Counted from the first letter of the stretch, positions 1 through 9,499 are shown. The stretch is DNA of 64,000 nt from Candidatus Magasanikbacteria bacterium RIFCSPHIGHO2_02_FULL_48_18 (GCA_001784285.1 MFQC01000008.1:90599-154598), one strand, 5' to 3'. The notes: generated from the letters alone by a model not told the origin. Program-made: numbers and translations.

Positions 1-183
1 CATGGTAATCCCGAGCCAATTCTTCGCTCATGAAAAGAGCAGGCTTGCCTGCCAAAGCAGAGCGAAGGCAGGTGTAGAGACTTAATGGTAGACACCCTCA
101 TCCACCACAGGCGGACGGGTGAAGAGAAAGTCCAGACCACAAATTCCAACCAAATTGGAAGCAACGAAAGTTGTAGTGGTACG
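1..183 (+). ncRNA. Group I self-splicing intron (3' part; 5' end outside window) in tRNA-fMet anticodon loop
   Basis: Core elements in order: Q-like GTAATCCCGAGCCA (5-18), R-like GGTGTAGAGACTTAATGG (71-88), P8 CACCC/GGGTG (93-121), S-like GAAGAGAAAGTCC (121-133), P9 hairpins incl. CAAC-GAAA-GTTG, terminal G at 183 directly before the anticodon CAT. Confidence 0.88.
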
Positions 184-223
184 CATAACCCGAAGGTCGC
201 CGGTTCGAATCCGGCCCCCGCAA
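184..223 (+). tRNA. tRNA-fMet (CAT), 3' exon
   Basis: CATAACCCGAAGGTCGCCGGTTCGAATCCGGCCCCCGCAA closely matches the 3' half of bacterial initiator tRNA. It starts exactly at the anticodon and the 5' half is not adjacent. Confidence 0.92.
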
Positions 224-224
224 C

Positions 225-253
225 AAAAATCCCCCGGCCGGGGGATTTTTTTT
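225..253 (+). terminator. Intrinsic terminator after tRNA-fMet
   Basis: Palindrome AAAAATCCCCCGGCCGGGGGATTTTT plus T-run. Confidence 0.75.
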
Positions 254-387
254 AAGAAAAATTTCCAATATTGTCTAATCACTAAACACTATTGGGAATC
301 ACGGAACCTGCTTGTACCTCTGAAAAAAACAAGTTCCGTTTTCCCTCCTTTCATAGGCAAACCTCCTTTCCGGCCGTGGACCGGAGC

Positions 388-873
388 TTAACTTTCTGAC
401 TCTTCCTCGAAAATCACCCTCAAGAAGATGGTTGGATTCGCCTCTGTCGTCTGGCTGGCGGGGAGACTCTCGATCGCCACCCGCCCCCGAATGAACAGGG
501 GGGTGGCTTGGTCGGCCGTAATGACGGCCAGCCCCAGGAGCCGGTTGATCTCACTTCCCAGCTCCTCCAACGACCGGATGTCGGAACCGATGCCGGCCCA
601 TGTTCGGATGTTGACGTGGGTGCCACAGGTACAACACACCTCAACATCAACCCCCATCCCCTCGTTGCTGAGTCTGGAAGCGCGGACATTGGCCACGAAG
701 CACAACCACTCGTCACCATCCACGATCCCTACCCTCACCATTTCAGCTCCCGCCCGCAAGGCGTCGGCCTTCGTCGGAATCCCCCGCACATCCTGCGTCA
801 CCCGCAAGATGGCGGTCCCGTCCCCTTGAATGACCAATCCCAATTTATTCACTTTTACCTCCTCAGTTGTCAT
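388..873 (-). CDS. Hypothetical protein (161 aa, GC-rich, CCxC motif)
   Basis: ORF track; G-rich SD-like run upstream of ATG; 7 nt after the stop of the upstream ORF. Confidence 0.6.
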   Translation of the reverse strand: MTTEEVKVNKLGLVIQGDGTAILRVTQDVRGIPTKADALRAGAEMVRVGIVDGDEWLCFVANVRASRLSNEGMGVDVEVCCTCGTHVNIRTWAGIGSDIRSLEELGSEINRLLGLAVITADQATPLFIRGRVAIESLPASQTTEANPTIFLRVIFEEESES

Positions 874-880
874 CGCCCCC

Positions 881-1315
881 CTAAATAGAATCGGTCTTCG
901 GCCGCCGACGCGATCTGGTCTGTTCCAGCAGACGCCGGCCCTCGACCTTGAGCCCCAGTGTCTCGGCCGAGGTTACCAGATGCAACTCAGCGGCCATGTC
1001 GACGTGCCAGTCGACTTCGGTCACCGTCCGGAGGTTCATCCTATTCTTTTGACCGAGAACGGTCAAACAGATCCCGCCGCCTTCTTGATTGCGGGAGAGT
1101 GCCGGAGCCAGATCGCCGTCTGGCATGGACGATGCCCGCACCTCTCGGACAAAATTCCGCCAGGCCGCCATGTCGAAGTCCTTGGCGACGATGGCGACCG
1201 CCGCTTGAAAAATCAATTCCGCCTTAGTCCGGCACACCGAACCGACTTCGAGAATCTCATAACGCCCAAGGGGCACTTCGAGATCCTCCATAAAATGGAT
1301 GATTCTTTTGGCCAT
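881..1315 (-). CDS. Hypothetical protein (GC-rich)
   Basis: ORF 881..1351; start moved to ATG 1315 (MAKRII) because GGAGGA lies just upstream. Confidence 0.6.
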   Translation of the reverse strand: MAKRIIHFMEDLEVPLGRYEILEVGSVCRTKAELIFQAAVAIVAKDFDMAAWRNFVREVRASSMPDGDLAPALSRNQEGGGICLTVLGQKNRMNLRTVTEVDWHVDMAAELHLVTSAETLGLKVEGRRLLEQTRSRRRPKTDSI

Positions 1316-1512
1316 GAAAATCCTCCATTTTTTTCGGCCAAAACCAACCAAAAGCGCGCCTTTTTTGCGCCCAGGTCGGATGAACGATCATATAATGATG
1401 AGACGAAAAAGTCAAGGCAGGCCTGTAGGCAACATATCAACACCCTTTCTGGCAAAATTCTTTGGTTTTGTATATACTATTCCGGTACAGTAAATTACTG
1501 TATGGCAACAGC

Positions 1513-1542
1513 AAAAAACCAGCCCTTTCGGGATGGTTTTTT
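1513..1542 (-). terminator. Terminator downstream of ABC transporter
   Basis: AAAAAACCAGCCC-TTTC-GGGATGGTTTTTT hairpin with A/T runs. Confidence 0.65.
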
Positions 1543-1561
1543 GATTTCTTTAGCATTTTGT

Positions 1562-3370
1562 CTATAAAATACGCCGTTTTACCTTGCTATGGTATTTTTT
1601 CCATAATTCCTGAAATTCCATAGATGTCTGGAGAAGATATTCCAAAGAACCGGATGCAATAATTTTTCCTTTGTCAAAAAAATAAATGGTATCAAACAAC
1701 GAAAGCAAATGCAGGCGATGAATGGACGACACAATGACTTTGTCTTCAAACGTTTGAAAGATATTTTTATAAATCGCCAATTCGTTTCGTGAATCCACAC
1801 TGCTCGTGGGCTCGTCAAGAAGCACAATGGATTTATCTTCCGACGCCAATAGGCCGCGGGCGAGCGCCAGCCGCTGTTTTTCTCCGCCGCTCAAGTTAAC
1901 CCCCTTTTCCACAATGGACGAATCAAATTTTTTTGGCAGGCGGCTCACTACATCGGTAAACCGCGCCATGTCGGTATACCGCGTTATTTTTTTTATTGTA
2001 TGGTCCACTCCAATCGTGATATTTTCTTTGATCGTGGTTGCAAAAATTTCCGGATCTTGGGGGATAAGCGCGATTTCCGAGCTGATGGATTCAAACCCGT
2101 GTTTGAGCGGCGCGTCATCCAAGAACAATTCGATATGGTTTGGCTTGTAGAGCCCGCGCAGTATTTTCAATAAAGTGGTCTTGCCGCTTCCGCTTGCGCC
2201 AATGAGCGCGATCCGCTCTCCGTTTTGAATGGAAAAAGAAATGCCATCCAGATGAAGATCGGCGCCGTCTTCTTTGTGATACGAAAAACGAAGATTCTTC
2301 ACGGAAAGCGCGCGCCATTCTCGACGCAAAGACACTTGCTTGACGGTTTTCTTGTTCTTAAATTCTTGCGTCAATTCTTCGGCGTTCATGACCGCGGTTT
2401 TTTGCTGGACAATGTCGCTATACATAAACGCAAACCGGTAAAACAGATCGCTGATTTTTTGCACATATCCATAAAGCGCGTAGATAATGCCAATCGCGAC
2501 TACGCCGCCAACCGACACGGTTTGATACATGTAAGAAAACAATACCAATACAATCATGCCCGTGCTACACATGGTAACCAAAAACCATTTCCATTCATTG
2601 ATCTTGCTGTTTTTTACAAAAAGCGGAAGCGGGGCAAAAATTTTTTTGACAATGGTTTTTGAAATCAACCCTTCCACGCGAAGAATAATAACAGTCGTGA
2701 TATTGCTGATAGTATCGTACACTTTTTCCGCGATGCCATTTTCGGCGCGAAACAACTTTTCATATTGCGGAACCAGTATTTTGTCAAACCCCAAAATAAC
2801 AAACGCGGTAATAAACACCAGGCCAAACACAATAAAAAGAGATGGCGGATGAAAGTACGCCAGCGCCACGCCCGAGCCAACCAAACGAACCACCGCTTCA
2901 ATAACCATGAACGAATCGGAAGAAAACTGATACAGCGCTTTGGTTCCTTTTTCTATTTTATCAATCGTATCCCCTGAATGATGATCGGTATGCCATTCGA
3001 CCGGAAGAGCCATGACCCCATCGATGAGGTATTGTTGATACTGCGCACGGACGATAAATGCGTTTCGAGTTTCGATCACGCGAGCCGGCCCATGAAACAC
3101 CCAAAATCCGATATTCACCGCAATAATAAGGAGAAGTAATGCAATAATAAAACGCAGATTCTCCGCATGAACTCCCTGGCGCTGGATGGTATTTAAGAGC
3201 CACGCGATAACCAGCGTTTCGGCGAGCATGATGATATTGGCAATCGCAAATAAAACAAAATATAACACGACCTGCGCGCGGTTGCCTTTGGAGTATTCCC
3301 ATGTTTTTTTGGGAAGAAAAATAAGCGGCGTATCGCGAAATGGCATAGAAATCACCCACAAGTATACCAT
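1562..3370 (-). CDS. ABC transporter fused permease/ATP-binding protein (exporter type)
   Basis: N-terminal TM helices; Walker A GASGSGKT, signature LSGGEKQR, Walker B VLLDE, H-loop. Confidence 0.93.
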   Translation of the reverse strand: MVYLWVISMPFRDTPLIFLPKKTWEYSKGNRAQVVLYFVLFAIANIIMLAETLVIAWLLNTIQRQGVHAENLRFIIALLLLIIAVNIGFWVFHGPARVIETRNAFIVRAQYQQYLIDGVMALPVEWHTDHHSGDTIDKIEKGTKALYQFSSDSFMVIEAVVRLVGSGVALAYFHPPSLFIVFGLVFITAFVILGFDKILVPQYEKLFRAENGIAEKVYDTISNITTVIILRVEGLISKTIVKKIFAPLPLFVKNSKINEWKWFLVTMCSTGMIVLVLFSYMYQTVSVGGVVAIGIIYALYGYVQKISDLFYRFAFMYSDIVQQKTAVMNAEELTQEFKNKKTVKQVSLRREWRALSVKNLRFSYHKEDGADLHLDGISFSIQNGERIALIGASGSGKTTLLKILRGLYKPNHIELFLDDAPLKHGFESISSEIALIPQDPEIFATTIKENITIGVDHTIKKITRYTDMARFTDVVSRLPKKFDSSIVEKGVNLSGGEKQRLALARGLLASEDKSIVLLDEPTSSVDSRNELAIYKNIFQTFEDKVIVSSIHRLHLLSLFDTIYFFDKGKIIASGSLEYLLQTSMEFQELWKKYHSKVKRRIL

Positions 3371-3474
3371 TTTTCTTTCGTTTTGATATGATCCGTTATC
3401 CGGTAATGCCGCTTTTGCATCATTGATATGCCTTCCTCACCGTCTCGCAATGATGTACGCAAAAAGATACACAC

Positions 3475-3502
3475 AAAAAAGAGTCCATCATGGACTCTTT
3501 TT
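3475..3502 (-). terminator. Terminator after major pilin
   Basis: AAAAAAGAGTCCA-TCA-TGGACTCTTTTT. Confidence 0.75.
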
Positions 3503-3521
3503 ATTTTTCTTTCAGAATATT

Positions 3522-3989
3522 TTATCTTGACACGCTAATTGCCGAACCGCCCTCAGGGTCGCACGCGCCAATGGTAATTGCGCCGGCTGATGACTTGGTG
3601 ATGTAATAATCTGTTTTGGCATCTGTGCCGGTGCTTGGGTCTTTCGGTATCGCCGCAATGTAGCCTTCGGTCACCAAACCGCTTAAATCGGCACATGCCG
3701 CTTGGGTGGTTTTTGCCGTACAGCCGGAATCTCCGCCGGTTGCACACGTTCCGATGGTATAGTTGGATGCGGCGGTGAGCGCCGTGATTGAGGCAAGATA
3801 ACTGCCGCCATTATCCACCTGATCTACTTTGGTCGCGTCTAAGACCGATGTGACATCCGACCATCTGGTTGAATCCCGCGCTTCTTGAAACCGCGAAAGC
3901 GGATCCAAGGCAACAAAGACAACGCCAGCGAGAATTGCAATGATCGCGATCACGATCAGAAGCTCGATGAGCGTAAAACCTTTCTTCAT
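3522..3989 (-). CDS. Type IV pilin (probable major pilin)
   Basis: MKKG|FTLIELLIVIAIIAIL class III signal with E5; four Cys. Confidence 0.92.
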   Translation of the reverse strand: MKKGFTLIELLIVIAIIAILAGVVFVALDPLSRFQEARDSTRWSDVTSVLDATKVDQVDNGGSYLASITALTAASNYTIGTCATGGDSGCTAKTTQAACADLSGLVTEGYIAAIPKDPSTGTDAKTDYYITKSSAGAITIGACDPEGGSAISVSR

Positions 3990-4076
3990 AACACGTGCAG
4001 ATTAAAAATGAATGTATAAACGCATCTACTATAGCAAAAATATCCTATTCTGGATATTTGTTATCCACAGATCCTT

Positions 4077-4484
4077 TCATGGCTCTCCCCAGTCGGTAAT
4101 AGCCCACGGGGACAGCGTCACCATAATTGTGACCTCGCGAGTAAACTGTTTCAATGTTCCTATGATTTGAATCGTTCGTATATTGTCACTGCCGCTGACC
4201 GCGATTGTACAATTTCCTTCTCCCAGGACAATGGTTGCGCCCGCATATGCTGTGTCGCGTTTTAATTGAATCAATGCTTCTTGAACACAACTTTCCATGT
4301 GAAATTCCGTCTGTATTCCGGTAAAGGCAATATCGCGCTGATTGAGATGAGTCAGCGTGCTTAATGCAACGCCAATGAGCACAACCGAAATGACCCCTGC
4401 CAAAATAATGACGGCAATCACCATGATAAACCCGCTATTGGATGCGCAGGGTTGCCGAGGTGACGAATGTTTTTTCAGCTTCAT
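4077..4484 (-). CDS. Minor pilin, PilX/GspK-like (no E5)
   Basis: SG|FIMVIAVIILAG hydrophobic segment lacking Glu5; start inferred at ATG 4484. Confidence 0.7.
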   Translation of the reverse strand: MKLKKHSSPRQPCASNSGFIMVIAVIILAGVISVVLIGVALSTLTHLNQRDIAFTGIQTEFHMESCVQEALIQLKRDTAYAGATIVLGEGNCTIAVSGSDNIRTIQIIGTLKQFTREVTIMVTLSPWAITDWGEP

Positions 4485-4989
4485 AAAAAACGGAATTACT
4501 TGGGTTGGCTGCTTCAAGATGAAGCGTGATCTGAACGGTAGGAAGCGTATCTGATGTGAGATTGGCGAGAATGAAACTGGCCACATGAACGCGGTCGCTT
4601 GTGATATCAATGGGAGTGGCGCTCCCGTGCTGGAGTCTCAATTTGGTTATCGGCACGATTGTTTCGCCAAGAGCGACCGACGTCTGATAGGTATCAATAG
4701 TGACGGTCGGGTTGGTATTCGATGTCAGCACAAGTTTTCCGGGATCTGTGCCATATATGGTGTCGCTTCCAATGGTACTGGCGCGTCGCGTATAGTAGAG
4801 CATTTGTTCCAAGGCAAAATTGCCACTGTTGTTCACCTCCATAAGCGCCGCTTGTTTGGCGCGGTTGTGGAGAATGCTCCAGGTGAATGATAGGAGCGAA
4901 ACCAAAACCATCGTCGTCATGCCAATGTAGATAACAAATTCAAGAAGGGTGAATCCCGCTCTTTTGGAGGATACAAAACAGACTTTCAT
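4435..4989 (-). CDS. Minor pilin (prepilin N-terminal methylation motif)
   Basis: AG|FTLLEFVIY. Confidence 0.85.
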   Translation of the reverse strand: MKVCFVSSKRAGFTLLEFVIYIGMTTMVLVSLLSFTWSILHNRAKQAALMEVNNSGNFALEQMLYYTRRASTIGSDTIYGTDPGKLVLTSNTNPTVTIDTYQTSVALGETIVPITKLRLQHGSATPIDITSDRVHVASFILANLTSDTLPTVQITLHLEAANPSNSVFYEAEKTFVTSATLRIQ

Positions 4990-4995
4990 AAAAAA

Positions 4996-5871
4996 TTAGG
5001 GCACAAACGGCGGGGTGGTTACCTCGGTCGTTGAAGAGCCGTCAATCATGGTCGCCGTGATAGTAAATGTCGCGCCGTCCACCTTTTCGTCAAAGCGAAA
5101 AACATCGATGTCGTATGATTCTTCGGGTTCTAAAACCAAATCAACAAGGTCGAGTTCTGTGCCGGATGGCTGTTCTCCTTGCGGCGAGCCCGTTCCATTG
5201 GAAGAGTGCCAATAATTCGTTCCTTCGATTTTGATATAGCCAATCTCTCCGGGCTTTGTCCACGTGAGTGTCATGGTATCAAGTGTAATTGACGAGCTGT
5301 CATTATTCGTAAGGACCACTCCGACTAATGATTTTTTCGTTGCGTCAATGCTCGCAAGTGAAATGTCTATATCCAAATTACTCGCTTGGCCGGTTTCTCC
5401 GCATGCGCCAGGAGTCTTCCAGTCGGTAAAATAGGCGCCAACCTCACGGCTTTTGTTTTGTCCTCCTTCTGTCCAGCTGATTGTCGTCGTCACATGCATG
5501 GTTGACGGGTCGGCCGTTCCTTGGCCGGTTTGCACAAGAGCGCAGTTGGCGTCCCGCTCTGTCCCGTCAATTGTAACAGTCCGCAGGTATGTTCCATTGA
5601 TGCTGTCCGGCGACGGTTGCATCTGCCATGCGCCTCCCTGGCTTGTGAGCCCAAATGTGCCGATTGTCATCGCATTCCAATTCGTGCTCGCGATGCTTTG
5701 CATGGCCTCAAGGCTTTCTGTGAGAATCAATTCAACGTCAGTGAGCTCTTGAGCTGAACGAAAAGTCTGCAAAGAGCGGCCAGAAAGAAGGATGGCGCCG
5801 CTCAAAAAAGCAAAAAAGATGGCGAGCGCCAATATAACTTCAATGAGTTGCTGTCCGCGAGAAAACAACAT
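4996..5871 (-). CDS. Minor pilin with C-terminal beta-rich extension
   Basis: RG|QQLIEVILALAIF. Confidence 0.8.
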   Translation of the reverse strand: MLFSRGQQLIEVILALAIFFAFLSGAILLSGRSLQTFRSAQELTDVELILTESLEAMQSIASTNWNAMTIGTFGLTSQGGAWQMQPSPDSINGTYLRTVTIDGTERDANCALVQTGQGTADPSTMHVTTTISWTEGGQNKSREVGAYFTDWKTPGACGETGQASNLDIDISLASIDATKKSLVGVVLTNNDSSSITLDTMTLTWTKPGEIGYIKIEGTNYWHSSNGTGSPQGEQPSGTELDLVDLVLEPEESYDIDVFRFDEKVDGATFTITATMIDGSSTTEVTTPPFVP

Positions 5872-5877
5872 ATTGCG

Positions 5878-5981
5878 AATGTCTAATTTCTAATGCCTAA
5901 TATCTAATGCCTAATTTCTAATGTCTAACCTTGTTATTTCTTAAATTCTGATTAATTTAGAAATTAGACATTAGGCATTAG
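5878..5981. repeat. Heptamer tandem repeat (AATNNCT x7) with downstream inverted copies
   Basis: aatgtct aatttct aatgcct aatatct aatgcct aatttct aatgtct (5878-5926); inverse ttagaaattagacattaggcattag (5957-5981). Confidence 0.85.
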
Positions 5982-5984
5982 TAA

Positions 5985-6422
5985 TTATTCAATCAGTCCT
6001 TGTTCATTTATAGTGATCGTTTCCGTTTGATTTGTTGCGCTGTTCAAAAGAGTAATGGCGCCTGTGGCAGACGGCAGACCGGTTGAGGTGGCAAAGGTGA
6101 TCTCTGTATTTGCGGTAAACGTAATGGTATCGGGGAGCGTAAAAAGATTGTCTTCTGCGACGACGCGGGTGGCATAGGTATTGCCTTGAAATACGGTATA
6201 TGAAGAATCTTGCATATACACGCCGAAACGACTATTGTGCGCCCCGTATCTTGCTTTTGTCTCAGCTAATCGCAGTTGTTCCACAATGTCTGCTTTGCTC
6301 GAATCAAGCATGCTCACCCGCAAGAGAGCGTCATACAATGGTATGGACACGGACAAAAGGATAATGCCGAGTGCAATGACGACAATAACTTCAATCAAGG
6401 TAAACCCGGGCCGTGCGGTCAT
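5985..6422 (-). CDS. Minor pilin, GspH/FimT-like
   Basis: MTARPG|FTLIEVIVVIAL; start at ATG 6422. Confidence 0.85.
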   Translation of the reverse strand: MTARPGFTLIEVIVVIALGIILLSVSIPLYDALLRVSMLDSSKADIVEQLRLAETKARYGAHNSRFGVYMQDSSYTVFQGNTYATRVVAEDNLFTLPDTITFTANTEITFATSTGLPSATGAITLLNSATNQTETITINEQGLIE

Positions 6423-6435
6423 AGGGCAACTGCAT

Positions 6436-7548
6436 TTACCGATGAAACTGACCGGTAATAGAATAGAGCGGCGTAATAATGGATAAAGCCAAAAAACCGA
6501 CGAGAAGGCCGATAGCAACCAACAGGATGGGCTCGAGAATTGTTGCCAAATTTTTTGTGATGGAATCCACCTCGTCTTCGTGGATGGTGGAACAAAATTC
6601 GAGCGAGTGGCTCAACGTTCCTGATGATTCGCCAACACTGATAATTTGGATATCGGTCGGGGGAAAAAGATGAGTATTTTGCCGCAATGTATCGGTGAGC
6701 GAGTCGCCGGCTTTGATTTTTTGGTACACGAATTCCAAAAATTTTTTATAACGGATATTATGTATTGTTTTGGCGCAGATAGAGATGCTTTCATCAATGG
6801 TAAGCCCGCTTTTCAAGAGCAGGCTCAATGTCCGGCAAATAAGCGTCAAATTGAGATGGATGGAAATTGATGAAATAATAGGCGTATGAAGGATGACCCA
6901 GTGCGTTAGCGGACGAAGACGCTCTCGGCGCAGGGTCCATACAAGAGCAACAGACCCGCCAACGACCAAAAATGCCGCAAGGATGCCATGCGTCTGAAAA
7001 AAGGTTGAAACGGAAATAAGGACTCGCGTCGTGAGGGGCAATTCCACTTTAAAATTTTGAAATAATTTTGCGACCTTCGGGAGCACGAACAGCGCAATAC
7101 CAAGACTCAAGATAATGCCGCCGATACAGACAATGCTCGGGTAAATGAGCGCGCCGATGACTTTCTTTTTTAATTCGTAATTTTTTTCCAATTGTCGCCC
7201 CAAATGTTCAAGATTCTGATCCAATTTTCCTGATTCTTCGCCGATGGCGATCATGTTCGTGTAAATATCAGAAAATGCCTTTTTGTGCCTGCGGAGCGCT
7301 TCGCTCAATTTTTGTCCGGTATTGATTGATTGGTACACGTCATCAAGAATAAAGCGCAATCTGCCTTTCACTTGTGTTTTGAGTACGGCGAGAGCCTCGG
7401 GAAGGGTGGAGCCGGACTGCAACATGATCGAAAGATTTTTGGTAAAAAAAAGAATTTGTTTCTGAGGAACTCTTCCTATATACAAAAAACGCTTCCAATC
7501 TTTCTTTGGGGGGAGAGGAGCAGGTTGTATCGCAGGGGATCGGCGCAT
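6436..7548 (-). CDS. pilC: Type IV pilus/T2SS platform protein PilC/GspF
   Basis: Two GspF repeats (GEESGKLD, GESSGTL), ALIYP and LEPILL motifs. Confidence 0.92.
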   Translation of the reverse strand: MRRSPAIQPAPLPPKKDWKRFLYIGRVPQKQILFFTKNLSIMLQSGSTLPEALAVLKTQVKGRLRFILDDVYQSINTGQKLSEALRRHKKAFSDIYTNMIAIGEESGKLDQNLEHLGRQLEKNYELKKKVIGALIYPSIVCIGGIILSLGIALFVLPKVAKLFQNFKVELPLTTRVLISVSTFFQTHGILAAFLVVGGSVALVWTLRRERLRPLTHWVILHTPIISSISIHLNLTLICRTLSLLLKSGLTIDESISICAKTIHNIRYKKFLEFVYQKIKAGDSLTDTLRQNTHLFPPTDIQIISVGESSGTLSHSLEFCSTIHEDEVDSITKNLATILEPILLVAIGLLVGFLALSIITPLYSITGQFHR

Positions 7549-7551
7549 AGG

Positions 7552-9240
7552 CTATTCTTTTGATACGCGAAGTATCTCCTCAATGGTGGTCATCCCTTTG
7601 AGCACTTTTTGGATCCCGTCTTCAATCATGGTAATCATTCCTTGCTCGAGCGCTTTTTGTTTGATGCGAGCCGCATTGGCTTGATCCATAACCAGTTCCT
7701 TAATTTCATTGGTCATTTCCAAAATTTCAAAAATGCCTTTGCGCCCCTTAAAACCGGTGTCTTGGCACTCGGCGCACCCCTTTCCATGGTACAGGGTAAG
7801 CGATGATGAATCGAGCGCGTATGTTTTGATGAGGGAAGCCGGCAATTGTTTTTTGATGATTGCAATTTGCTCATCAGTCACCGTACCGCTGGTCTTGCAT
7901 TTTTCACAAATGATGCGCACAAGACGCTGTGCGATGGCAAGGTTAATGGTAGAGGCAACCAAAAATGGCTGAACCCCCATGTCCATGAGACGCGGGAGGG
8001 TCGTGGCCGCATCATTGGTGTGGAGCGTCGAAAGGACGAGGTGTCCCGTCATGGCTGAATTCACCGCAATTTTGGCGGTTTCTTCGTCGCGAATTTCTCC
8101 CACCATAATAATATTTGGGTCTTGACGGACAATAGCGCGCAACCCCGCCTCAAAGGTAAGATTTGTTTTGGGATTCACTTGAATTTGGTTGACCCGATCC
8201 ATATCATACTCGACCGGGTCTTCAATCGTAGAAATATTCACTTCACGGGTGTTCAATTTTTTAATTATGGCATACAGCGTTGTCGTTTTTCCAGAACCGG
8301 TTGGCCCAGTTGCCAAAATCATTCCCCAGGGTTTTTCGATATTTGTCTTGATTTTTTCAAAATCCTCTGGTCGGAAGCCTAAATTTTCCAAGTCGTGTTG
8401 GCGAGATTTCTCCGAAAGAAGCCGCAATACCACCTTTTCCCCGTTTATGACAGGCACAATCGAAACACGCACGTCGACGTTTTCATCGCCAAAAGCAAAT
8501 TTTAATTTTCCATCCTGGGCCGCGCGGTGTTCATCGGTTCGCAATCGTGAAAGAATTTTGAGACGAGTAATAATGAGCGTGTGGAGGTATTTGGGAATAA
8601 CAATAATATCGTGGAGCATCCCATCAATGCGGAACCGAATAAGTGTTTGTTTTTCGTATGGTTCAATATGGATGTCCGAGGACTTATTCGCGTACCCCAG
8701 CTCCAATAACTTATCCACAATTTTGATAATCGGCAGATCTTCAGCCCGGGCGATAAGATCTTCTCCTTGAATGATATCATTAATCAATTTAGCGAAATCC
8801 TGTGAGTCGGTGCTATGCAACGATTGTAGCACCCGATGGATGCTGTCCGCATCCGCAAAATACAGAATGACCTGGTCGTCCAGGCGTTTTGTGATTGCCT
8901 TCAGGCATTCGTCGTCAGTGGGATTGTCGGTCGCCACATGAAAGCCCTTTTTGTCTCGCATAAACACAACGGCTGTATTGTTATGTGAGACTATTTCGGG
9001 CAGTAATTGGACGATTGCCGGATCAATGGTGATGGCGCTTAAATCAACGTACTGAACTTTGAGGCTTTTTGCAATCAACTGGTTGAGATGTTCTTTTTCA
9101 ACGCCCCCTTCTTCTAAAACGAGAGAATAGAGGTCGGACTGTGTTTCTTCTACCGTTTTCATGAGTTCGACTAACTTTTTTTTCTTCACGATATCGTGCT
9201 CGAGCAAAATATCGCCAAGCGCATGAGGGGAGAGCGGCAT
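7552..9240 (-). CDS. pilB: Type IV pilus assembly ATPase PilB/GspE
   Basis: SDIHIEP, GPTGSGKTTT, EDPVE, RQDPNIIMVGEIRD, TGHLVLSTLH, CxxC..CxxC. Confidence 0.95.
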   Translation of the reverse strand: MPLSPHALGDILLEHDIVKKKKLVELMKTVEETQSDLYSLVLEEGGVEKEHLNQLIAKSLKVQYVDLSAITIDPAIVQLLPEIVSHNNTAVVFMRDKKGFHVATDNPTDDECLKAITKRLDDQVILYFADADSIHRVLQSLHSTDSQDFAKLINDIIQGEDLIARAEDLPIIKIVDKLLELGYANKSSDIHIEPYEKQTLIRFRIDGMLHDIIVIPKYLHTLIITRLKILSRLRTDEHRAAQDGKLKFAFGDENVDVRVSIVPVINGEKVVLRLLSEKSRQHDLENLGFRPEDFEKIKTNIEKPWGMILATGPTGSGKTTTLYAIIKKLNTREVNISTIEDPVEYDMDRVNQIQVNPKTNLTFEAGLRAIVRQDPNIIMVGEIRDEETAKIAVNSAMTGHLVLSTLHTNDAATTLPRLMDMGVQPFLVASTINLAIAQRLVRIICEKCKTSGTVTDEQIAIIKKQLPASLIKTYALDSSSLTLYHGKGCAECQDTGFKGRKGIFEILEMTNEIKELVMDQANAARIKQKALEQGMITMIEDGIQKVLKGMTTIEEILRVSKE

Positions 9241-9296
9241 AATGACGATTCAAAAATTATATATAGTGTACCAAAAAAAAACGCAACAGGAAAGTA

Positions 9297-9322
9297 AAAA
9301 ATCCCCCGGCCGGGAGATTTTT
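9297..9322 (-). terminator. Terminator after tRNA cluster
   Basis: AAAAATCCCCCGGCCGGGAGATTTTT hairpin abutting the tRNA-Pro 3' end. Confidence 0.7.
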
Positions 9323-9323
9323 A

Positions 9324-9400
9324 TGGTCGGAGTGAAAGGACTTGAACCTTCGGCCTTCTGGTCCCAAACCAGACGCTCTAGCCAACTGAGCTACACTCCG
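9324..9400 (-). tRNA. tRNA-Pro (TGG)
   Basis: Reverse complement folds as a cloverleaf CGGAGTGTAGCTCAG...TCTGG-TTTGGGA-CCAGA...GTTCAAGTC...CCGACCA, CCA encoded. Confidence 0.95.
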
Positions 9401-9423
9401 AGAACAATAATTAGTCATCTTCG

Positions 9424-9495
<72 letters not shown>

Positions 9496-9499
9496 ATTG

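Noticed and set aside
830-1567. 245-aa plus-strand ORF (also 49624-50175 plus and 24012-25109 plus)
   Set aside because: Antisense to better-supported genes that have SD, promoter or family motifs
5878-5981. Possible CRISPR array
   Set aside because: Units are 7 bp with no unique spacers, and there are no cas genes in the window
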